Source: a virus (lineage: Duplodnaviria; Caudoviricetes). From it: a DNA stretch of 64,000 nt. A program made the position numbers and the translations under genes. The notes under the pieces were generated by a model, which worked only from the letters and a program-made list of their open reading frames with translations, was not told the DNA's origin and did no database searches. The stretch's first letter is position 1, and every line of letters begins with the position of its first letter. This document shows positions 38,062 through 46,444 of the stretch, piece after piece. The DNA is taken from IMG/VR virus record IMGVR_UViG_3300031853_000039, positions 178 through 64,177 of that record; one strand, written 5' to 3'.

Positions 38062-38304
38062 TGGGTTTCTAAAACTTGGAATGGTTTAACTTCATTTATT
38101 GGTGTCAGAGTATGGAAAGATGGAGATAACATTTATTATTCAAATGGTACTGATAAACAATATGTTTTAGATAAATCTACGTCTACTTGGAATTCTAAAA
38201 CATGGAATAATCCACCTTCTTATTTCCAAAGTGAATACGTTTGGACAGATGACACAGATATTTATTATTCAGTAGGTTCAGACCATTATGTATTAACTTA
38301 TTAA
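38062..38304 (+). pseudogene. out-of-frame continuation of 37623 (two beta-propeller-type repeats)
   Basis: WVSKTWNGLTSFIGVRVWKDGDNIYYSNGTDKQYVLDKSTSTWNSKTW...YVLTY*; no start codon of its own. Confidence 0.75.
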
Positions 38305-38318
38305 AGAAAGGATAATAT

Positions 38319-39170
38319 ATGGCAACGACAACCGTAACAGTAAACGTAGCAGAAAGTCAAAACTACCTTGCTACGAGTAGAACAATAAGCGTAGAGAGTG
38401 AAGAACCTGTAACTGTAGATACATGGGTTCCTAAAACATGGAATGGGTATACTCCATTTAATGGTGAATATATCTGGATCGATGGGGATAATATTTATTA
38501 TTCAAGTAGTTCCACTCAATATGTATTAGATAAAGCTACATCAACTTGGACACCAAAGACATGGAATGGGCTTACTAGTTTTACTGGTAGTTATATCTGG
38601 ACAGATGGTGATAATATTTATTATTCCGATTCAGGCTTCGGCAGCACCAATAAACAATACGTATTAAACAAATCTACTTCTACATGGAATCCTAAAACGT
38701 GGAATTATACAAATATAAATAGTGGCAAAGTTATTTGGACAGATAACAATAATATTTATTATTCAAATGGTAGCACTCAATACGTTCTAAATAAACAAAC
38801 ATCTACTTGGGCACCTAAAACTTGGGAAGGGTATACTTCTATTAGCGGCGATCTAATTTGGACAAATGGTACTAATTATTATTATTCGTCATACAGCAAT
38901 CAATATATGCTAGATAAATCTTCAACCTGGGTAAAAGTAACTTGGTCTGGATATACTCCTGAAATGGGTAGCTATATCTGGACGGATGGAAATACTGCTT
39001 ACTATTCAGATAATGATAAACAATATTTATTAAAGTATAATTATTATACATGGGAAGAAAAATCTTGGGGAGGTTTTACTCCTGAAAATGGTCATTACAT
39101 CTGGACAGATGGAGAGAATATTTATTATTCTTTCTCAAACAAACAATATGTATTAAAAAAAGCTACATAA
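38319..39170 (+). CDS. six-repeat Trp/Tyr-rich beta-propeller-like receptor-binding protein
   Basis: Six ~41-aa repeats W-x-PKTW-x-G...IWTDG-x-NIYYS...QYVL-x-K. Confidence 0.75.
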   Translation: MATTTVTVNVAESQNYLATSRTISVESEEPVTVDTWVPKTWNGYTPFNGEYIWIDGDNIYYSSSSTQYVLDKATSTWTPKTWNGLTSFTGSYIWTDGDNIYYSDSGFGSTNKQYVLNKSTSTWNPKTWNYTNINSGKVIWTDNNNIYYSNGSTQYVLNKQTSTWAPKTWEGYTSISGDLIWTNGTNYYYSSYSNQYMLDKSSTWVKVTWSGYTPEMGSYIWTDGNTAYYSDNDKQYLLKYNYYTWEEKSWGGFTPENGHYIWTDGENIYYSFSNKQYVLKKAT

Positions 39171-39225
39171 TTTATATTTGTTGTATTATAAGTGATTATT
39201 CAAACATAACAAGTATTGAGGAAAT

Positions 39226-39429
39226 ATGATGAAACTTTATGATTTTACAAAACCTGAATTAGATTTACTTCTTGCATTATGTAATTTTACTCCAGATGAA
39301 GAAGAATATTTTAAGTTAAGGTCAAAAGCAAAGTCAAATGTTCAAATAGCTATGGAAATGCACATATCTGAAGCAAAAGTTTCAGTATTAGCAAGAAAGG
39401 TTAAAAACAAGATAAAACGTATATTATAA
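39226..39429 (+). CDS. LuxR/sigma-region-4-like HTH regulator
   Basis: FTPDEEEYFKLRSKAKSNVQIAMEMHISEAKVSVLARKVK. Confidence 0.75.
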   Translation: MMKLYDFTKPELDLLLALCNFTPDEEEYFKLRSKAKSNVQIAMEMHISEAKVSVLARKVKNKIKRIL

Positions 39430-39452
39430 ATATATGTTTTTCCTCCTTCGAT

Positions 39453-39494
39453 AAAAGAAACGTACAATTTTTGTATAAGTTGTACGTTTCTTTT
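39453..39494. repeat. 15-bp perfect inverted repeat (terminator and/or operator)
   Basis: AAAAGAAACGTACAA-12 nt-TTGTACGTTTCTTTT, followed by a T run and TATAAT at 39500-39505. Confidence 0.85.
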
Positions 39495-39530
39495 TTATTT
39501 ATAATTAAATACATAAAGGAGGTACTTCTT

Positions 39531-39644
39531 ATGGATATTCAAAACATTCTAAAGCTAATAATGGAAGAACATAATTGTTCACCTGTTATGGCTCTACTAA
39601 TTTATTCCAATATGATACAAAACATTAAAAAAGAGGTAGCTTGA
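39531..39644 (+). CDS. 37-aa hypothetical protein (not in track)
   Basis: AAGGAGG RBS, MDIQNILKLIMEEHNCSPVMALLIYSNM... Confidence 0.55.
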   Translation: MDIQNILKLIMEEHNCSPVMALLIYSNMIQNIKKEVA

Positions 39645-39645
39645 T

Positions 39646-40023
39646 ATGTACGTTTATTACAATCCAAATCCTAAAATGAATCACATCGGAGATTGCACAG
39701 TAAGAGCAATATCAAAACTTACGGGGCATGATTGGGAAGATACATACATTGAATTATGTGTGCAAGGGTTAGATATGTGTGATATGCCTTCATCAAACGC
39801 AGTATGGGGAGCATATTTATACAAAAATGGATATAGAAGAAATGTAATTCCTAATACTTGTCCTGATTGTTATACAGTAAGAGATTTTTGCACCGAACAT
39901 CCTGAAGGTCAATATTTACTTGCCACAGGCACTCATGTTATTGCAGTAGAAGAAGGCAGTTATTATGACACGTGGGATAGCGGTGATGAAATACCAATTT
40001 ATTTTTGGCGAAAGGAGATGTAA
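39646..40023 (+). CDS. papain-fold (C39/transglutaminase-like) Cys-His-Asp enzyme
   Basis: GDCTVRAIS (Cys), THVIAV (His), YYDTWDS (Asp). Confidence 0.6.
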   Translation: MYVYYNPNPKMNHIGDCTVRAISKLTGHDWEDTYIELCVQGLDMCDMPSSNAVWGAYLYKNGYRRNVIPNTCPDCYTVRDFCTEHPEGQYLLATGTHVIAVEEGSYYDTWDSGDEIPIYFWRKEM

Positions 40024-40026
40024 ACA

Positions 40027-40509
40027 ATGGCAATTTTTAACAGTGGTTATCCTATGAGTTATACTCCACAGGTGTACCAACCACCAATTCAAACATCACA
40101 GGCAGTTCAACCAAACATCAATCAACAACCACAACAGCAGTATTCAGATATGATTTTTGTACCTGGAAAAGAGGCGGCGAAAGTATATCCTGTAGCAAGA
40201 GGAAGTAGCGTAACATTATTTGACAGTGAGGGAGATAAGTTTTATGTAAAGACTGTAGATAATAGTGGTATGCCACAAAAATTAAGAACATTTAGCTATG
40301 TAGAGATAATGGATGAAGAACCACACGGAATGTCAAGTTTAGCTTCACCTGAAATTGATACAAGTCAATTTGTAACAAGACAAGAAATGAATACTCTTGT
40401 AAAGACAGTAGATACACTTGCAGATAAAGTACAAAATATTCAGATGCCAACAATGATAGAAGAAAAGCCTAGAGCTAATACAACAAAGAAGGTGAAAGAA
40501 AATGAATAG
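40027..40509 (+). CDS. Gln/Pro-rich N-terminal low-complexity protein
   Basis: YQPPIQTSQAVQPNINQQPQQQ; FVPGKEAAKVYPVARG..LFDSE..FYVKTVD. Confidence 0.8.
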   Translation: MAIFNSGYPMSYTPQVYQPPIQTSQAVQPNINQQPQQQYSDMIFVPGKEAAKVYPVARGSSVTLFDSEGDKFYVKTVDNSGMPQKLRTFSYVEIMDEEPHGMSSLASPEIDTSQFVTRQEMNTLVKTVDTLADKVQNIQMPTMIEEKPRANTTKKVKENE

Positions 40510-40720
40510 TATAATGCAAGGTCAAAATAAAAATAATTTATCAAGTATGTTTCAAAGTTTCAAAAATAATCCAATGGGTTTTCTTATGCAAAGAAAACTA
40601 AACATTCCACAAGAGCTTGGTAATGACCCTCAAGGCATTATTCAGCATCTACTTAATACAGGGCAAATGACTCAACAGCAATTAAATCAATTACAATCAT
40701 TTGCTCAAAAACTTCACTAA
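40502..40720 (+). CDS. Gln/Asn/Met-rich small protein
   Basis: FKNNPMGFLMQRK..NDPQGIIQHLLNTGQMTQQQLNQLQ. Confidence 0.8.
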   Translation: MNSIMQGQNKNNLSSMFQSFKNNPMGFLMQRKLNIPQELGNDPQGIIQHLLNTGQMTQQQLNQLQSFAQKLH

Positions 40721-40729
40721 TTCCTTTGA

Positions 40730-40752
40730 ATAAACTTTTGCGCAGAGTTTAT
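40730..40752 (+). promoter_or_regulatory. hairpin upstream of the Gly/Cys-rich gene
   Basis: ATAAACTTT-TGCGC-AGAGTTTAT. Confidence 0.5.
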
Positions 40753-40780
40753 AAATAAAAAACGAAGGAGGGAAAATGTT

Positions 40781-41635
40781 ATGAGTTTAACAGATTCCAA
40801 TGGTGGACTTTCAGCCGCAGATATTGCCGCAGTAATGGGTAGTAATAATGGCGGTTGGGGGTTCGGTAACAACGGTGACTGGTGGGTAATTCTCTTCTTG
40901 TTCGCACTCATGGGCAACGGCTTTGGCGGTGGCTTCGGATGGGGCGGAGGCGGATATGCTGCAGAAGGCTCTATGATTTATCCTTGGATGAATCAAGCTA
41001 ACATTACAACAGAAGGTTTCCAGAATCAGTTACTGAATGACAACATTACAAGCATACGTGATGGAGTCAGTGCTTTGTCCACGCAGTTGTGTAACACGGG
41101 CAACGATATTCAGATGACACTTTGCAACGGATTTGCAGGAGTAGAACAAGGTGCTAACACACGTCAGATGGCTAATATGCAGACAGCGTTTAGTCAGCAG
41201 ACAGCTATGAATCAAGGCTTTAACAATGTTCAGTCACAGTTAGCGCAGTGTTGCTGTGATAACAAACTTGCAAGCGCAGATTTGAAGTACACTATTGCAA
41301 CCGAGAATTGCGCTGACAGACAAGCACTTAATGAAGGTGTTAGAGATATCATAGCAAATCAGACAGCAGGCACACAGCGTATTCTTGACCAGCTTTGCAA
41401 TGATAAGATTGATGCAAAGAATGATGAGATAGCACAGTTAAGACAGCAGTTGAACATGGCTTCTCTTCGTGAGTCACAGATAGCACAGAACGCTTTTATC
41501 TCACAAGGATTTGCAAATGAGGTAGACCAGTTGTATGACCGTCTGAATAACTGCCCAGTAGGAACTGTACCGGTTTACGGAAAACAGCCTATCTTCACTT
41601 GCAATCAGAACTATGGTTGTGGTTGCATGGGATAA
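40781..41635 (+). CDS. Gly-rich, hydrophobic-segment, coiled-coil, Cys-cluster protein (coat/matrix-like)
   Basis: WWVILFLFALMGNGFGGGFGWGGGG, long Q/N-rich heptads, AQCCCD, C-terminal CNQNYGCGC. Confidence 0.85.
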   Translation: MSLTDSNGGLSAADIAAVMGSNNGGWGFGNNGDWWVILFLFALMGNGFGGGFGWGGGGYAAEGSMIYPWMNQANITTEGFQNQLLNDNITSIRDGVSALSTQLCNTGNDIQMTLCNGFAGVEQGANTRQMANMQTAFSQQTAMNQGFNNVQSQLAQCCCDNKLASADLKYTIATENCADRQALNEGVRDIIANQTAGTQRILDQLCNDKIDAKNDEIAQLRQQLNMASLRESQIAQNAFISQGFANEVDQLYDRLNNCPVGTVPVYGKQPIFTCNQNYGCGCMG

Positions 41636-41647
41636 GGAGGTGACAAT

Positions 41648-42100
41648 ATGGCAGAGTTTACCAATAATCCTATTCAAACAGTACAGCCAAATCAGGTAGT
41701 AGTTCTCAACACAAGTATTCCTTGTGCAAAAGGCTACGTAGTACACAGAAACGAATCAGGAATTGTAACATTGCGTGGTATTGTCAATAATCCTACTTGT
41801 TGTTTTGCGAGATATCAGATAACTTTCAATGGTAATATAGCAGTGCCAACAGGAGGTACAGTTGGACCTATTAGTGTCGCACTTGCTATCAGTGGAGAGC
41901 CGATACTTACAAGCAGAGCAATAGTAACACCTGCGGCAGTAGAGGAGTATGGAAATGTTACAAGTACAGCTATAATAACAGTTCCTAGAGGATGTTGCTT
42001 CAATGTAGCAGTTGAGAACACATCAGAAGCTCCAGCAGGTGGAACAGCACCAGCAATCAATGTTCAAAATGCTAACTTGGTTGTTCAGAGAATTGCATAA
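41648..42100 (+). CDS. BclA-CTD/TNF-like beta-sandwich protein
   Basis: All-beta pattern YQITFNGNIAVP..ISVALAISGEP..NVTSTAIITVP..NANLVVQRIA; CC pairs. Confidence 0.65.
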   Translation: MAEFTNNPIQTVQPNQVVVLNTSIPCAKGYVVHRNESGIVTLRGIVNNPTCCFARYQITFNGNIAVPTGGTVGPISVALAISGEPILTSRAIVTPAAVEEYGNVTSTAIITVPRGCCFNVAVENTSEAPAGGTAPAINVQNANLVVQRIA

Positions 42101-42114
42101 AGGAGGAAAATGCT

Positions 42115-42705
42115 ATGAAGGATTTAGAGCGTATAACAGAGCTGATTGAGAATGAAATCAGACCGCTTACCAGCAAGCAGGATATTTCTCCTAATGAGCT
42201 GAAGAATCTTGGTGAGGCGGTTGACATTCTCAAAGATGTTGAAACTATCAAAGCTATGAAACAGTCAGAACAAGAAGGTTACTCTTTCAGAGGTAGCTAT
42301 GATGACGGCATGAGCAATCGTTATCCGTATATGCGTTCATATGAAGGTGTACAATCTATGAATAGCTATGCTAATCAAAGATACCCTATGAGCATGGAAG
42401 GGCAGTCAATGACAGGCAATTCTATGGGTATGCAGTCAATGGACGGGCAGTCTATGGATAGCTATGGTCGTAGAGGACGAGATGGCGATGGTGATGGCAG
42501 ATATAGCGAGCGTAGAGGACGTGATGCAATGGGCAGATACACAAGTCGAGATAGTTATGGACGAGGTGAAAGCTATGAGAGAGGTTATAGCGGTCACAGT
42601 GAGCGTCAATATATGATTGACCGACTTGAAGATATGGCTGATGATGCACGTACCGAACGTGAAAGAAGTATCATAGAGCGTTGCATAGCAAAGCTTGAGA
42701 GATAA
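42115..42705 (+). CDS. protein with S/M/G/Y and RGRD low-complexity repeats
   Basis: SMEGQSM/SMDGQSM, YGRRGRDGDGDGRYSERRGRDAMGRYTSRD. Confidence 0.85.
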   Translation: MKDLERITELIENEIRPLTSKQDISPNELKNLGEAVDILKDVETIKAMKQSEQEGYSFRGSYDDGMSNRYPYMRSYEGVQSMNSYANQRYPMSMEGQSMTGNSMGMQSMDGQSMDSYGRRGRDGDGDGRYSERRGRDAMGRYTSRDSYGRGESYERGYSGHSERQYMIDRLEDMADDARTERERSIIERCIAKLER

Positions 42706-42721
42706 CCTACACTACTCAATG

Positions 42722-42745
42722 GGGCAGGGCGTAAAAACCTTGCCC
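42722..42745 (+). terminator. GC-rich hairpin (lacks a U tract)
   Basis: GGGCAGGG-CGTAAAAA-CCTTGCCC. Confidence 0.5.
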
Positions 42746-42766
42746 CTACTCCTTGGAGGTAGAAAA

Positions 42767-43132
42767 ATGAATTTACAAGTAATCAGAAATACCATAGCAG
42801 ATTTAGAAAACGCTGAAAACACCTTTGAAAACTGCTCTAAACTAGCAAGTCTATATATTATTATGTCTGAAGCAGAAAAATCGAAAATAGACACGAAATC
42901 GAGCGGGATAGAGAGTGAATTAAATGACATTCTACCTGCATATAGACATTATGTAGACGCAAAGCGTAATTATCAATTAAATGGCACAAGCGAGGAGCAA
43001 ACTGTAAAAGCTCTTGGTTTTGTGTGTCAAGAAATCTATGAATTCATACAAGCTCTTTATAGCAGTACAGATATGCCAGAGGAGCGAACTCACATCAGAA
43101 ATCTAATATCTAAACTTCAAGAAATGGCGTAA
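42767..43132 (+). CDS. helical hypothetical protein, last gene of the 39.2-43.1 kb cluster
   Basis: Start moved to 42767 after GGAGGT. Confidence 0.7.
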   Translation: MNLQVIRNTIADLENAENTFENCSKLASLYIIMSEAEKSKIDTKSSGIESELNDILPAYRHYVDAKRNYQLNGTSEEQTVKALGFVCQEIYEFIQALYSSTDMPEERTHIRNLISKLQEMA

Positions 43133-43176
43133 ATACGTTATTTTTCAATTTTCTCCAAAAAATTTGCGAAAAAGTA

Positions 43177-43205
43177 TTGACAAACATTATATAACGTGTT
43201 ATCAT
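43177..43205 (+). promoter_or_regulatory. class-1 promoter (copy 2)
   Basis: TTGACA-AACATTATATAACGTGT-TATCAT. Confidence 0.85.
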
Positions 43206-43326
43206 GTACTTGTCGATGAGAGATGAGTACATGATTGAACGAGCTTAGCGCCGTTTGAGAAATGGAATGAATCAAACATCTCACAGCAACTACAAACTCA
43301 CAGAACGAAAGGAAAAGGTGATGATT

Positions 43327-43653
43327 ATGAAAGCAATTAGTGTTAGTATTTTCAAATCAAAAGGCGGAGATTGTTCTAACGGTGGTATATCAAGTAGATT
43401 TAATGAAATTCTTGTAGAATGTGAAGATGGTTGGATTGATATTGATGAAAACAATCCTCCAGAAAATCTTTGTAAGGTAGTGAAGAGAGTGCTGTGGGGC
43501 GAAAATCATTGGTATATTGAGCCTTGTGCAGATAAGCCCAAAAATTCAGTAGGGTATATGTACGGTGGTTGCATTATTGATTCGTCAGACGCAAGATGGA
43601 AGAAATTGTCAGGTGGCATTCCGCTTCATTTACACGATAGATGCGAAAGTTAA
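43327..43653 (+). CDS. early hypothetical protein
   Basis: GGDCSNGGISSRF...YMYGG..SSDARW..IPLHLHDR; start moved to 43327. Confidence 0.7.
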   Translation: MKAISVSIFKSKGGDCSNGGISSRFNEILVECEDGWIDIDENNPPENLCKVVKRVLWGENHWYIEPCADKPKNSVGYMYGGCIIDSSDARWKKLSGGIPLHLHDRCES

Positions 43654-43690
43654 AAACTGTATGATGCACTGTCAAGATAAGGAGAAAACT

Positions 43691-45367
43691 ATGATAACTA
43701 TAGAAATCAAACACTCAAAAAAAGTGAATGGGGAATGGGCACTGTATGTATCCTTTCCGTACAATCAGAAGATAGTTGATACTATAAGAGAATTTCCTAG
43801 CAGATTTTGGGATAAAGATAACAAGCAGTGGGAGATACCTTATGCTAAACTAGGTCAATTAGTTGCAAATTTGCCCGAATTTTCGTTTGAAATCAATTCA
43901 GATGAGTATATATGCACTGAAGCAAGAAAAGCGCAAATACCGTCAAATTTCGAGTTCAAAACAAAGCCTTATGAGCATCAGATAAAAGCGTTTGAATATG
44001 GAATGACTTATGACAGATGGCTTCTTGGTGATGAGATGGGACTCGGAAAGACAAAGCAAAGTATTGATATAGCAATTGCAAAGAAGCTTCAGAAAGATTA
44101 TAAGCATTGCTTGATTATTTGTGGTGTAAATGGACTTAAATGGAATTGGCAGAATGAGATAACTATACATAGCAACGAGAGCGGTTACATTTTAGGTCAG
44201 TATGAAACAAAGAATGGCTTAAAAATTGGCTCTAACACTCAAAAGCTTTCAGACTTACAAAAAGGCATAGATAGCTATTTTATTATCACTAATATTGAGA
44301 GTTTACGCAATGAAGATATACTCAATGAATTAAAAAAGATGTGTGATAATGGTGAGATTGGAATGATAGTAGCAGATGAGGTTCATAAAATGAAGAATCC
44401 ACAAAGTCAGCAGGGAAAAGCATTTTTGAAATTGCAGACAGAAACAATGATAGCAATGACAGGAACACCTCTCATGAATAACCCGTTAGATTTATACATC
44501 ATACTCAAGTGGCTTGGATATGAAAAACATACTTTTTATGCTTTCAAAAATCATTATTGTGTGATGGGTGGCTATGGTGGATATGAGATTATGGGATATA
44601 AAAATCTTGAAGAATTACAAGAGCAGTTAAACGATATGATGTTAAGAAGAAGAAAAGAAGAAGTGCTTGATTTACCAGAAAAAACTTATATTGATGAGTT
44701 TGTAGATATGACACCAAAACAGGCACAGATTTACAAAGAGGTGACTGCTGAAATTAAAATGAATATCGACCAAATCAAGACTGCTCCTAATCCGCTTGCA
44801 GAGCTTATAAGAATGAGACAAGCCACAGGTTACACAGGTATTCTTTCAAGCACTATTCAAGAGAGTGCTAAACTTGATAGAATGGAAGAGCTTGTAGATG
44901 AAGCAATAGAGAATGAAAAGAAAGTAGTTATCTTTTCTAACTGGACACAAATGACACTTCCTATTTATAACAGACTTGCTGTCAAGTATCATGGTACATA
45001 TATTACTGGTGAAGTTGATAGCGACCAGAGAGCCGAACACGTTAAAAGATTTCAAGAAGATGATGATTGTAAATTCGTAGTAGGAACAATTGGAGCAATG
45101 GGTACAGGTCTTACTCTTACAGCAGGAAAAGTTGAAATATTCATGGACGAGCCGTGGAATATGGCACTTAAAGAGCAGTGTGTTGATAGATGTCACAGAA
45201 TAGGTCAGAAAAGCAATCTCACAATTTATACCCTTATGTGTATGAATACTATTGACATTAAAATACACGAAATCGTAGAGAGAAAAGGAGAACTTGCTGA
45301 TAAAATTGTTGATGGACAAATTAAAATGACCAACAATGAATTAGTGGATTTTTTACTTGACTTTTAA
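43691..45367 (+). CDS. SNF2-family helicase with N-terminal HARP-like domain
   Basis: PYEHQ, DEMGLGKT, DEVHKMKN, MTGTPLMN, GTGLTLT, QCVDRCHRIGQ; start moved to 43691. Confidence 0.92.
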   Translation: MITIEIKHSKKVNGEWALYVSFPYNQKIVDTIREFPSRFWDKDNKQWEIPYAKLGQLVANLPEFSFEINSDEYICTEARKAQIPSNFEFKTKPYEHQIKAFEYGMTYDRWLLGDEMGLGKTKQSIDIAIAKKLQKDYKHCLIICGVNGLKWNWQNEITIHSNESGYILGQYETKNGLKIGSNTQKLSDLQKGIDSYFIITNIESLRNEDILNELKKMCDNGEIGMIVADEVHKMKNPQSQQGKAFLKLQTETMIAMTGTPLMNNPLDLYIILKWLGYEKHTFYAFKNHYCVMGGYGGYEIMGYKNLEELQEQLNDMMLRRRKEEVLDLPEKTYIDEFVDMTPKQAQIYKEVTAEIKMNIDQIKTAPNPLAELIRMRQATGYTGILSSTIQESAKLDRMEELVDEAIENEKKVVIFSNWTQMTLPIYNRLAVKYHGTYITGEVDSDQRAEHVKRFQEDDDCKFVVGTIGAMGTGLTLTAGKVEIFMDEPWNMALKEQCVDRCHRIGQKSNLTIYTLMCMNTIDIKIHEIVERKGELADKIVDGQIKMTNNELVDFLLDF

Positions 45368-45419
45368 CTATCTATACATTACAATAATATGTAGATAGTT
45401 AAAAAGGGGGTAATCAAGT

Positions 45420-46274
45420 ATGATTGGTATATATGGTATAAAAAATAACTTCAATGAAAATATTTATATAGGACAGGCAATAGACATAGAAAACAGATGG
45501 AAGTGTCATAAAAGTGCTCTAAACAATAACAAACATCAAAATTCAAGACTTCAAAATGCTTGGAATAAATATGGTAAAGATAATTTTGTATTTATAGTTT
45601 TAGACCAATGTGAAGAGAGCGAGTTGACGAAACGAGAACAATATTGGATTGATTATTATGGGGGTATAAATTCTTCTAAAACTTACAATTTCAAAGAAGC
45701 AGGAAGTAAAGGAAGATTATCAAATGCTACAAAACAAAAAATAAGTCAAAAACAAAAAGGAGTACCTGAACCTCCTGGAAGAAAAGTATCAAAAGAAGGT
45801 AGATTAAGTTTATCGAAAGCACATAAAGGAATTAGACCTTCTTCACAAACAAGATTAAAAATGTCACAATCTCAAAAAGGTAGAAAACAAACAGAAGAAA
45901 CTAAAATAAAGATAGGACAAAAGAATAAACAGAGATATATAGATAATCCTCAATTAAGAGATACAATTTCAAAAAGAATGAAAGGACGTAAGTTATCCGT
46001 CGAAACAAAAGAAAAAATAGGAGAAAGCAGTAGAGGAAGAAAATATGGGGAGGAGACTTCAAAAAAACATTCTGAAAGTTTGAAGAAAGCGTATAAAGAA
46101 GGTCGAAGAAAAACTGTGAAAATAACAGTAAATGATATAACTAAAACACAAACCGAGTGGGCTAAATTATTAGATGTTTCACATACTTCAATAATATATC
46201 AAAGAAAAAAAGGTACAGCAGAGTTGTATATTAGAAAAATAATAGAAAAAAAGAATATTCAAATTAGTAATTGA
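45420..46274 (+). mobile_element. free-standing GIY-YIG homing endonuclease with NUMOD3-like repeats
   Basis: MIGIYGI..IYIGQA..RWKCH..LQNAWNKYG..REQYWID..YN; repeats of (S/T)-x-ETK-x-K(I/M)S-x-x-x-KG. Confidence 0.9.
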
Positions 46275-46356
46275 AAAAGGTGAGATGGCAGATGCAATAG
46301 TTGATAGTAAAATAGTAAAAAACAAAGATGCTCTTATCGACTATTTGTTAGATTAA
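46252..46356 (+). pseudogene. displaced duplicate of the SNF2 helicase 3' end
   Basis: Reads RIFKLVIEKGEMADAIVDSKIVKNKDALIDYLLD*, homologous to the helicase end KIHEIVERKGELADKIVDGQIKMTNNELVDFLLDF*. Confidence 0.8.
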
Positions 46357-46358
46357 GA

Positions 46359-46387
46359 TTGACAATTTTAATAATATGTTGTATAAT
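46359..46387 (+). promoter_or_regulatory. sigma-A promoter
   Basis: TTGACA-17-TATAAT, perfect consensus. Confidence 0.85.
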
Positions 46388-46444
46388 GATAAAAAATACT
46401 CATAGAACTATAAGGAAAGAAGGTGATAATATTGCACAAAGGAG

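Noticed and set aside
38062-39170. CRISPR-like or non-coding tandem repeats
   Set aside because: The repeats are degenerate, in-frame protein repeats of about 41 aa, with no constant repeat/unique spacer pattern
39170-39530. Sporulation-sigma (SigE/K/G) promoters for the coat-like operon
   Set aside because: Only weak CATA-like matches in AT-rich DNA; not distinguishable from chance by eye
45368-46356. Group I intron in the SNF2 helicase
   Set aside because: The helicase already has a complete terminus and stop upstream, and no P-Q-R-S core was recognisable; end-duplication by a free-standing HEG fits better (RT-PCR would be decisive)
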